From assembly GCA_964291655.2 (NCBI GenBank), contig OZ219802.1, forward strand, positions 1,312,001-1,376,000: a stretch of DNA of 64,000 nucleotides, in the 5' to 3' direction. The notes below the pieces were generated by a model. It made no database searches, had not been told where the DNA came from, and was given only the letters and a program-made list of their open reading frames with translations. The stretch comes from Chloroflexota bacterium (lineage in GTDB: Bacteria > Chloroflexota > UBA11872 > VXOZ01). The position numbers and the translations under genes are program-made. Positions 8,900 to 17,754 of the stretch are shown here, piece after piece. Every line of letters starts with the position of its first letter. The first letter of the stretch is position 1.

Positions 8900-9937
8900 C
8901 TAAACGGGCTTAAGAGCCAGGAAACAATATAGCGGCGTGAAGATCCCGGTCTTGCCGCCCGCGACGTAGGCGTTGGCAGTCCGATCCAGCAGCTTGACGA
9001 CACGGGCGGAGCCCGATGGGAACACCCCCAGCACCTCGGCCAACCTGGATGCCCCGAAAACTGCCTTGCGGCCCAGCGGAAGCCTGATAAGGGCGTTGCC
9101 GAGCGTTCCGTGCCGGGTCTCCATGGGCCGATACCACGGCGTGGTCGGACCGTTCTCCCCAACAGCCCGATCCCTCCCTTCTATGACCTGAAAACCCGCC
9201 GTTTCGAGGTCGCGGTTTACCTCGTCCATCGTCGCTATTTCTTTGAGCGCGATCCCGTGCATCAGTTCTTTCTCAATAGCTCGATGTCGCTCGTCACCGG
9301 GATTGAACTTGCTCGTCATGCACATTTCCTGGCCCCAGAACAGGGCCCCGGGTTTCAGCACGCGGTAGATCTCGGCAAACGCGCCCGCCTTGTCCGGCGC
9401 ATGGCACGTCGATTCAATCGCGTACCCCCGGTCGAATGTGTCGTCCGCGATAGCGTCCATGTTCATGAAGCTACACGCGAGGTAGTCGATCGCATGGTCG
9501 AGTCCCGCCTCGGCGTCCAACGATCTCGCCTTGTCCAACTGGATTTCGTTGCTATTGACCCCGACTACCCTGACTCCGGCCTCCCGGACGACGCGGCGCA
9601 GCGGGCCGCCGACCCCGCAACCGACATCGATCACCGTCATGCCCTCGCGCAACTCCAACTTGGCGATCATCAGCCGCTGGTGACGGATCTTGGAGTCCTC
9701 CAGGCTTTCATGGGGCGACAGCGGTGCGAAGTGAAGGGACTCACCCCAACCGAACTCCATGAACTCGCCGCAGAGGTCGTAGTATTCCTTGACGGTTTCG
9801 GTGTGGTCGTAGCCCGTCGGGACGGCGTCCTCCACGTGTGCTTTGTCCATCCAGCCATCGAAGCGATTCACGCGACTGTGGACATCCGTTCCACGGTATT
9901 GAGCCTTCAGCCGGTTGGATAGTTTGCGGATTTGCAA
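8900..9937 (-). CDS. Sterol 24-C-methyltransferase (ERG6/SMT family)
   Basis: YYDLCGEFMEFGWGESLHFAP, IDVGCGVGGP, YAIESTCHAP, IYRVLKPG and Sterol_MT_C-like tail VAGGKTGIFTPLYCFLALKP. Confidence 0.9.
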   Translation of the reverse strand: MQIRKLSNRLKAQYRGTDVHSRVNRFDGWMDKAHVEDAVPTGYDHTETVKEYYDLCGEFMEFGWGESLHFAPLSPHESLEDSKIRHQRLMIAKLELREGMTVIDVGCGVGGPLRRVVREAGVRVVGVNSNEIQLDKARSLDAEAGLDHAIDYLACSFMNMDAIADDTFDRGYAIESTCHAPDKAGAFAEIYRVLKPGALFWGQEMCMTSKFNPGDERHRAIEKELMHGIALKEIATMDEVNRDLETAGFQVIEGRDRAVGENGPTTPWYRPMETRHGTLGNALIRLPLGRKAVFGASRLAEVLGVFPSGSARVVKLLDRTANAYVAGGKTGIFTPLYCFLALKPV

Positions 9938-9964
9938 GGATCTTTCCTTTGCGGAGTACTGTTC

Positions 9965-12424
9965 CTACTCGTAGCGCCGCTGCACGGCCTCGATTTCCAG
10001 GTCCAACTCATCCGCCCAGCGCTTCACCTTGGATCGCAGCCGGACATTCTGGTAGGCGCCCCAGATTGTCATCGCAGGTGGAACCAGCAGAATGGACACT
10101 AACAGCGAGTAGAGGATCGTGATGGATGCCGCAATTGCGAACTGCTGGGAAGCAAGCAGGGGCGAGGCAATTAGCGCGCCAAGTCCGAGCGCCGTCGTGA
10201 GCGCGGAACCCAACAGCGCCGAACCGGTGGTGGCGAGTGTCCGAATTGCCGCTTGCTCCGGGTCCCGACCGCGGGCGTATTCCTCCCGGTAGCGATGAAT
10301 CACGTGGATGGTGTAGTCCACCCCGATACCTACCGAGAGCGCCGTGATGATAGACGTGACGAGCGAATAGGGAATATCCAGCAGCGCCATGGTGCCCAAC
10401 ACCGAGATGAGCACGAGCACAATCGGGCCCACCGCGATGACGGATAGCACCGGCTGGCGCACCGTGATCCAGAAGAAGAGCGCCAGCACGCCGAGGGCCA
10501 CCGCGATGGTGGTAGTAATCGCTTCTGTCTGCCGTTCAGTAATGGCGTCCGTGATTGTGATACCAATGATGCCCTCAGATGTTGCTGCGATAGCGTTGTC
10601 ATCACCGATCCAGAGGTCCTCCAGGGACTCTTGGATTTGCTTCGCCTGATTGGTATCGCCCGAGTAGGCCGGGAACTGGATCAGCATTGCGTCAGTGCCG
10701 GCCGGATCGTTAACCAGGAGATACGAAAGCGTCGGGTCCAGGGATTGGAGCCTGTTGAGGAATTCCTGCATCAACCCGGCATCAAGTCTCAGTCCCGCCG
10801 AGGCTTCTTGGAAAAGGGCGGCAAGTTCAGAATCGTATTTGTCGCCGGGCTGACCGCTGTCGTGTATCCAGTCTCGCACGAGGAGCTCATACGATGCCTG
10901 GATTGGTCCCGCCGCGGCGGCGGGACGGCTCTCTTCGTCCGCGAAGGCAGCGGTCAAGTCCCGCAGGTTCAACAGCGTGCGGGTCTCTGTGGCCTCCGCT
11001 CTGATGAGCACACTAACTATCTCCGTTGAGCCGCCAATTGCCGCATCAATGGTGTCCAAGTCCGCCATCAGGGTGCCCCCTCTGGGCAGAATGTCGCGGA
11101 TGTTGAACTCAGACTTGATCCCTGTGGCTGCGTACCCCAGCGCGAGCGTAACCCCAAGCACAACAATGAGGTACGGCGCAGGCGCGCGCGTGATACTTTT
11201 GCCCAGCACGGTCGCCAATCCCTCGATTCCGGGCAATGCCGTAGCTACCAAGCGAGGCTGCTTAAGATTGCCCCGGGCTTCCCGCTGCCGGTCGATGATC
11301 GTCCGGCCGGCCGGAAGCAGCGTAAGCATCACGATGAGAGTCATGCCCACACCCAGTCCTGCGATCAAACCGAAATCACCAATGATTCCTATAGGGGAAA
11401 ACAGACTCACCAGCAGGCTCACGATTGTCGTGACGGCGGCCAGTACCAGCGGAATGGTGACTTTGCGCAGTCCGATCTGGGCGGCCGGTACCACCGCCTC
11501 GCCTTCGTGACGCTGCTCCCGGTAGTGCGAGACGATCTGAATCGCGTAGTCGACCGTAAGGCTGATTACGATGATCGGCACCATCGCGGTAAGCTGGTTT
11601 GGCGGTCCGGTGATGCCCAGCGCGTAGGGACCCAGCCAGCCTTCCACACCAACGATCCACATCAGCGAAATAAACAGACCGGCCAGCGTGAGCAATAAAT
11701 CAGTCAACGTACGCAGGAAAAGCAGGATTAGCCCCGCGATGAGCAAGAGCGCCAGCCCGATCAACGGCCCCATGCCTTCTTGGGTAGCTTTCTTGTACTC
11801 GTCCTCGATTATCGCGGGTGAAACGCTGCTCACCTGCAGCGTACCCTCAGACGCGGCTGCAAGTTCGTCAATTTTGCGTTCAGCGTCGTCAATGCGCTCA
11901 TCACCCGTGTCCCGCAGACGAACAATGGCAATCGCCACCTCTGTACCATCCGTATCGGTGCCGGTCAGGGCGTCAAGCGCCGCCTGAATCTCGGGTGGGC
12001 CGCGGGCCGCGTTGATTTGCTCCTGTGTGATGGACGTGACGTTGTCCGTTTGGAGCACAGCCTTGATCAACAACACGGGCGCGACGAGGGGATTGACCGG
12101 CGCGAAGAGCTCCTGAACGGCAGGATCGGCGACGATCTCGTTGATCAGGGCATCCATCTGCGCCAGACCGTCAGGCGTCAGCGCGTCTCCACGGAAGATG
12201 AGCGTCACCACATTGGCTTCGCCGGATTCGCCAAAGAGCTCATCGATTTCAGCAATGGCGTCGGCAACGGTACTCCCTGGAGGAAGTATTGCCTCGTCTC
12301 CGGGAGGAGGCGCACGCCGTACCGCCCCGGCAGTCAGGAAAACGGTTATGTTCAGGATGACGAAAATCGTGATCCAAGGGCGGGCTGTAACAAAGCGGCT
12401 CAGCCTACCAAGTTGATTCTCCAT
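9965..12424 (-). CDS. MMPL/RND-family lipid transporter
   Basis: 819 aa with duplicated architecture, SLTVDYAIQ and GIGVDYTIHV TM motifs, two extracytoplasmic loops; ends 27 bp before the SMT start. Confidence 0.85.
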   Translation of the reverse strand: MENQLGRLSRFVTARPWITIFVILNITVFLTAGAVRRAPPPGDEAILPPGSTVADAIAEIDELFGESGEANVVTLIFRGDALTPDGLAQMDALINEIVADPAVQELFAPVNPLVAPVLLIKAVLQTDNVTSITQEQINAARGPPEIQAALDALTGTDTDGTEVAIAIVRLRDTGDERIDDAERKIDELAAASEGTLQVSSVSPAIIEDEYKKATQEGMGPLIGLALLLIAGLILLFLRTLTDLLLTLAGLFISLMWIVGVEGWLGPYALGITGPPNQLTAMVPIIVISLTVDYAIQIVSHYREQRHEGEAVVPAAQIGLRKVTIPLVLAAVTTIVSLLVSLFSPIGIIGDFGLIAGLGVGMTLIVMLTLLPAGRTIIDRQREARGNLKQPRLVATALPGIEGLATVLGKSITRAPAPYLIVVLGVTLALGYAATGIKSEFNIRDILPRGGTLMADLDTIDAAIGGSTEIVSVLIRAEATETRTLLNLRDLTAAFADEESRPAAAAGPIQASYELLVRDWIHDSGQPGDKYDSELAALFQEASAGLRLDAGLMQEFLNRLQSLDPTLSYLLVNDPAGTDAMLIQFPAYSGDTNQAKQIQESLEDLWIGDDNAIAATSEGIIGITITDAITERQTEAITTTIAVALGVLALFFWITVRQPVLSVIAVGPIVLVLISVLGTMALLDIPYSLVTSIITALSVGIGVDYTIHVIHRYREEYARGRDPEQAAIRTLATTGSALLGSALTTALGLGALIASPLLASQQFAIAASITILYSLLVSILLVPPAMTIWGAYQNVRLRSKVKRWADELDLEIEAVQRRYE

Positions 12425-12735
12425 TGCACTCCTCTCAATCTGAGAAAGCCCCGTAACGCGACGGGAACTGCCTCTCGACTCCGACCCAATGTGATACTGC
12501 TACTGCGGTTCGGCACGTCCTTGCCGCAGCTTGTCCCACTATCCCTCTTTAAGCTGCATCCCTGGCGGGCTGGTAGCCCGCCGGCGCCAGCCAAGTGTCG
12601 TCCGGGCGCATTGTCTCTCCGACAGACCACCCTGCCGGTTACCGAATTCCTTCAGCAAGAATGACACAAGATCTACCACCCAATTCGATCATGCGCCATT
12701 CAGTCCCGTACCTGACACCTGGCACTATACCGTAT

Positions 12736-13701
12736 CTAGTTGCGCTTGACGCGCTCGAAGTAGTTACATGCTATGACGTTGAGCGGCCCTAGGCGCTGCT
12801 CAACCTTATCGAGCAATAGGTTGAGACCCACATTATCGCACGCGCCATGGGGCATGCGCACCCAGCCCATACCGAGTTCTTCCGCTATCTTCTGGTGCTC
12901 AGGCGGGCAGCCAATGGTGACGAACGTGCCGACTCCGGCCTCCCTCAGCAGCGGGATCACCTCAAAGGGAAACATCCAACCACCGCCGTCCTGGTGGAAG
13001 ATCCGGCCCGCCGGCTGCTCGGCATCACCTGCCATAATGCGCGGGATCGCGCCAATGCGCGCCGCACCTTGGAACTCCGGGAGCGCCAGCAACGCCTGCA
13101 CCACGTCTCCCACCGTCTCCGCGTTCGCTGCCGCGATGGCGCCGCGCACACCCCGGCCGTGATGGAAGTCGGCGGGCGTATGGATGCACGCCAGCGGAAA
13201 CTCCAGCAGTTGCGCCATGTCGATGCCGTTGCGGTTGAAGTCCTCGGCGTAGTTCCAGCGGTCGGTCATCATGTCCGCGATGTGGGGCTCGGCGTCGGCC
13301 CGGGCAACACCCGCGCCTTCAAGCAGGTCCACGAGATAGGGCACTGTATCATAGATCAGCGTATCCGCCGGTACCCCGATGCCGTTGGTATGGTGGGAGA
13401 TGACGGCATCGATTCGCGTGCCGTTGGCGCGCAGATGGTCCGCCAGCAGAAGCTCCTGCGTGCCGATGTTTATGCCCATGAGGATGGTATCGAGTTCCGT
13501 GTCCTCCGGGCCGTTCACGATGCGCACGTCGCCGTAGGGATTGTTGAAGCGCTCCTGGTCGTAGTACGGCTTGCGCCAGTCCGCCAGCGCTGTATACTCC
13601 TGCCGTCGCCGTTCAAGCTGGCGGTCAAGGGCTTCACGCCCCCTAGGATCGACCTCACGGCCGATTTCGATGGAAGTTTCGTAGAGCTCGCGTAAGGTCA
13701 T
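12736..13701 (-). CDS. NIF3-like protein, paralog 2
   Basis: Same motifs as paralog 1 (SHHTNG, CIHTPAD, PHGACDNVGLNLL). Confidence 0.75.
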   Translation of the reverse strand: MTLRELYETSIEIGREVDPRGREALDRQLERRRQEYTALADWRKPYYDQERFNNPYGDVRIVNGPEDTELDTILMGINIGTQELLLADHLRANGTRIDAVISHHTNGIGVPADTLIYDTVPYLVDLLEGAGVARADAEPHIADMMTDRWNYAEDFNRNGIDMAQLLEFPLACIHTPADFHHGRGVRGAIAAANAETVGDVVQALLALPEFQGAARIGAIPRIMAGDAEQPAGRIFHQDGGGWMFPFEVIPLLREAGVGTFVTIGCPPEHQKIAEELGMGWVRMPHGACDNVGLNLLLDKVEQRLGPLNVIACNYFERVKRN

Positions 13702-14666
13702 CGCTCGTTACGCCTAATTCGCTCGAAGTAGTTGCACGGAATGACATTGAGCGGTCCCAAGCGGCGCTCTACCTCATCCAGCAGTAAATTGATGCCAATG
13801 TTGTCGCACGCCGCGTGGGCAATGCGCACAATCGCTACGCCCGCCCCCTGTGCCGCTAACGCTTGCGTCGGTGTGCACCCAATTTGCACCACGGTGTTCA
13901 CGCCTGCCTTGCCGAGCAGCGTGTACGCGTCCGGCGGCAAGCCGTACCCGCCGCCAAACTTGAGCAGCATGCGCCCGGCAGGCCATCTTGCTTCCCCACT
14001 CATCACACGCGGCTCAACGCCAATATGCGCCGCGCTCTGCACCTCCGGTATCACCATGAGCGCCCGCACCACGTCAGCAACGGTCTCGGGCCTTGCAGCT
14101 TCCACCACAGGCCGGACGCCTTCGCCAATGTAGTAATCTGCCGGCGTATGGATGCAGGCCAGCGGGAAGCCGAGCAACGCTGCCATGTCGGGGCCCATGC
14201 GTGCCGTATCTTCAAGCGCCTGCTCTTTTTCCTCGATGTAACGGTTGATGCACGCCTCGGCGTCTCCGCGCGGCACGCCTTCACCTGCCAGAAAATCTAT
14301 CGCTACCGGCATGAAGTCATGTACCAGCGAGATAGCGATGCCGATACCATTGGTATGGTGCGCGATTACGGCATCGATCTTGGTACCCTTGCTGCGCAGC
14401 CGGTCGGCCAGCAGGAGTTCGTCGAGGCCGATGTTGATGCCGAGCAGGACTGTCTGAAGCTCCACGTCCGCCGGGCCGTTGACGATACGCACGTCGCCAA
14501 AGGGATTGCGAAACCGCTCTTGATCGTAGAAGGGCTGCTCCCAATCGGGCAGGGCTGCGTATTCCGCCCGGCGCTGCTCGAGTTGCTGTTGAAGAGCTGC
14601 CTCTCCCCGCACGTCAAGCGCCATGCCGAGTTGTATTGAAGTCTCGTAGAGTTCTCGCAGTGTCAT
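13698..14666 (-). CDS. NIF3-like protein, paralog 3
   Basis: MTLRELYETSI start aligned with the paralogs; ATGA overlap with paralog 2 (translational coupling). Confidence 0.75.
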   Translation of the reverse strand: MTLRELYETSIQLGMALDVRGEAALQQQLEQRRAEYAALPDWEQPFYDQERFRNPFGDVRIVNGPADVELQTVLLGINIGLDELLLADRLRSKGTKIDAVIAHHTNGIGIAISLVHDFMPVAIDFLAGEGVPRGDAEACINRYIEEKEQALEDTARMGPDMAALLGFPLACIHTPADYYIGEGVRPVVEAARPETVADVVRALMVIPEVQSAAHIGVEPRVMSGEARWPAGRMLLKFGGGYGLPPDAYTLLGKAGVNTVVQIGCTPTQALAAQGAGVAIVRIAHAACDNIGINLLLDEVERRLGPLNVIPCNYFERIRRNER

Positions 14667-14988
14667 GTTGGCACTCTTCGTTTCGCTAACTTGCACCTAT
14701 TGTAGCGCATTGGCAAACCGCAGCCGAAATCGAGGTGCGTAAAGCCCTTGGCAAGGTGAGCAAACAGCTTTCCACCTGGCATTTTGCTTGAGAGAGCACC
14801 CGCTCCACGCAGCCATGGCGGCTCAAGTTGCACACTACGAGCGGCCGGCAGTTGTGCGGTCAGTCCTCATACAGGCTAATGGGGGCAGCAAATCAGCATT
14901 TTGGCGCTCTCACCCGACAAATGCGGGCTCTATCGTTTAGAATTGCGTTGTAGCATGAATGCCGCATCAAACACAAGGATGTGACACG

Positions 14989-15471
14989 ATGCAAATCGCG
15001 AACCAGTATTCGTTCATCTTCATCGGGGTCTTCGTGGTATCACTTTGCATTTTTGCCGCCGCTCAGTGGTTTCCGGGGACCATTGGCTTGCTGGCTATAC
15101 TCCTCTCGCTGGTTGGCTTCATTGCGATTGGCTCGGTCTCGCGGTATCGAGATGACGATACCAGTGGGACTCCGCCGGATGCCCTGATCGGTAGAGGACT
15201 GCCGGTGCTGTTAGCCGTGTATTCTAATTTCTGAGCGGGGTGCCTTGTGGCACGCCCCATCGTCGATGGGATAGAACGCGATCTTGGCGACGCAGTGCGG
15301 GTCATCCGGCTGAACCGGCACACGCCGGCGGGACGGGCGATTACGGCCCGCCTTGGCTTGCGCCTGGTGCCGTCCTTCGTGGTCTTCGACGGGCAGGGCG
15401 AGGTACGGCTGCGCAAGGATGGCATTGTGATCAAGCACCAGCCGGTGCTGGATGCGCTCGGCCACGAGTAG
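14989..15471 (+). CDS. Membrane-anchored thioredoxin-fold probable selenoprotein (UxxC)
   Basis: ORFs 14959..15234 and 15247..15471 share a frame, separated by one TGA (15232..15234): LLAVYSNF-U-AGC-LVARPIVDGIE...LVPSFVVFD; two N-terminal TM helices; 160 aa. Confidence 0.85.
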
Positions 15472-15742
15472 CTGGTCCTCTTCTCGGCCAACGGGACGCG
15501 CGGCGTGATTGCAAATTCGCCGTCCCAGCACCGCTTCTCCGGGCCCTGCCACGGAATCAATAACTCCTGCCGCGACGACGCCCCACCGCCACTCGAGTGC
15601 TGAGTGCGGGAGGGATACGCTGCCTGCATCAAGATGGAGCAAGCATTCCTCCTCGTTTTGGAGTAACGGCCTGATCCCTATTTTCGCAGTGTGCTATAGT
15701 TTCAATACAACAATGGGAAGACGGTCGGAACGGATAGACGCA

Positions 15743-16228
15743 ATGCGGTTCGTCAACCAGTACTCCTACCTCTTATTCGTAGTCTTTGTCCTCCCTGCCA
15801 GCGCGGTGGCAGCCTATTTTTGGTTGCCGGAGGCTGCTGGCTTGGCGCTTGTAACGCTGGTTGGCCTTGGTCTTGTCGCCGTGGCGTACCTCCTGCGCTA
15901 TCGTGAAACGCACCTCACCGACACCGCGGCATTGGATGGGCTCATCGGTAAGGGCTCGCCGGTCATTGTCGTCTTGTTCTCCCACTACTGAGCGAAAAGC
16001 CTCGCGGCACGCCCCACGGTCGATGGGATTGAGCGAGAATTCGGCGAGACTGCGCACATCGTGCGGCTCAGCCAGCATACGCCCGTCGGACGCGCCTTCG
16101 CGGACCGTCTGGATATACACGCGGTGCCATCCCTTGTCGTCTACGACGAGGCGGGCGAGGAGCAACTGAGGTTCATGGAGAGCATCCCCAGCCCGCAGAA
16201 GCTCGCTGCCGCGTTGCAGCAGGAGTAA
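15743..16228 (+). CDS. Membrane-anchored thioredoxin-fold probable selenoprotein (UxxS)
   Basis: MRFVNQYS...IVVLFSHY-U(TGA 15989..15991)-AKS-LAARPTVDGIERE...AVPSLVVYD...LQQE, TAA 16226..16228; full-length paralog of the preceding gene; 161 aa. Confidence 0.85.
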
Positions 16229-16333
16229 GGCACACTCTCTTGCCATGGGCCGCGCTTTGCGTTGCCCGGTACCGTTGCTTGGGCCGCCCCACGGAAACCG
16301 CCCGCCAAGACCAACGTACCCCGTCTGTAGTCG

Positions 16334-17419
16334 ATGAGCGACCCGCGCTATACTGTAGAGAAACTTTCTCTCGCCCTCGAGGAGCATGTCGTGAGCAAGC
16401 AAACAGTGCTGCCGCCGTTGCAGTCCGAAGAACAACTCATGGCGCAGATGACCGCGCCCACGCCGGAAGTGTGTACAGCGGTGCAGGCGCTGGACGGCGA
16501 CATCATGGTGCTGGGTGTGGCGGGCAAGATGGGCCCTACGCTCGCGGAGCTATTGGTGCACGCGGGGGCCAAGCGCGTGATCGGCGTTTCGCGCTTTTCC
16601 TCTCCGGACTCGCGCCGTTACTTGGATAGCGTCGGCGTGGAGACGGTGGCCTGCGACTTGCTGGACGACGCAAGCGTGGCCAAGCTGCCGGATGCGCCGT
16701 ATCTTTACTTGCTGGCGGGGTTCAAGTTCGGCTCCAGCGGCGCGCCTTCCCTGAACTGGGCCATGAATACGCTCGTGCCGGCCAAGCTCATGGAGCGCTT
16801 TCCCAATTCCCGCATGGTCTACGTGTCTTCCGGCAACGTCTACCGCTTCATGCCGGTGGACGGCGGTGGCGCTGATGAAGACGCGCCCCTGGGGCCGGTG
16901 GGTGAATACGCCGAATCCCGCCTGGGCGGCGAGCGCCTGGTGGAATACTACGCAGAAAAGAACAGCACCCCTACCCTCATCGTGCGGCTCTTCTACGCCA
17001 CGGAACTGCGCTACGGCATCATCCTGGATATCGCTACCAAGGTGAATGACCGGACGCCAATCGACCTATCTATGGGCTACGTAAATCAGATTTGGCAGGG
17101 CGACGCCTGCGACATGCTCGCCCGCTCGTTCCCGCTCTGCGCAAGTCCTGCTGACGTGATTAATCTGACCGGCACGGAAACCCTTTCCGTGCAAGCGGTG
17201 GCTGAGGCTTTGGGTGAACGGCTCGGTGTCGCGCCGATCTTCACCGGGAAGCCGGAGGCTACGGCGCTACTGGGCGATGCGACGCGCTACGTGGAGACCT
17301 TCGGCGCGCCCCGCGTACCGGCGGAACAGATTATCGACTGGGTTGCCACGTGGGTCAAGCACGAAGGCGCGACGCTGGGCAAGCCGACGAAATACGAGAG
17401 CAGGACGGGGGATTTCTAA
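16334..17419 (+). CDS. NAD-dependent epimerase/dehydratase family protein
   Basis: LGVAGKMG Rossmann motif, SSGNVY, GEYAESRLG (YxxxR variant). Confidence 0.75.
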   Translation: MSDPRYTVEKLSLALEEHVVSKQTVLPPLQSEEQLMAQMTAPTPEVCTAVQALDGDIMVLGVAGKMGPTLAELLVHAGAKRVIGVSRFSSPDSRRYLDSVGVETVACDLLDDASVAKLPDAPYLYLLAGFKFGSSGAPSLNWAMNTLVPAKLMERFPNSRMVYVSSGNVYRFMPVDGGGADEDAPLGPVGEYAESRLGGERLVEYYAEKNSTPTLIVRLFYATELRYGIILDIATKVNDRTPIDLSMGYVNQIWQGDACDMLARSFPLCASPADVINLTGTETLSVQAVAEALGERLGVAPIFTGKPEATALLGDATRYVETFGAPRVPAEQIIDWVATWVKHEGATLGKPTKYESRTGDF

Positions 17420-17754
17420 GTCCTGCGGGATTGTTGAGAGGCAATTAGATTGAACTCTTGATTGACTGCGTAGGGGCACGATATATCGTGCCCCTACGGC
17501 GTTATGGACCAGCCGAACGCCTTAGGGTCATCAAGCGACCCTCACGTGCCAAGAGTAAGGGGACAAGCCCCCTCGTGATCCGTCATTTCCGCGCGGGCTC
17601 ACCCCGTGCGGGGGCGCGGAGTCCATCTTCTCTGCCCTGTGCATTCTTGATGACCACGGAAACCGAGACCAGCGCCGCGATGTTCCCGTCCCAGAGCGGG
17701 GGACAAGCCCCCGCGCTACGTTGAAGACGCGAACACTAGGCGATTTTGGCAAGC

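Noticed and set aside
14959-16228. Pseudogenes or an alternative genetic code explaining the in-frame TGAs
   Set aside because: The TGA falls at the same catalytic position in both paralogs, and TGA terminates other genes normally (e.g. 31715, 59379, 60126).
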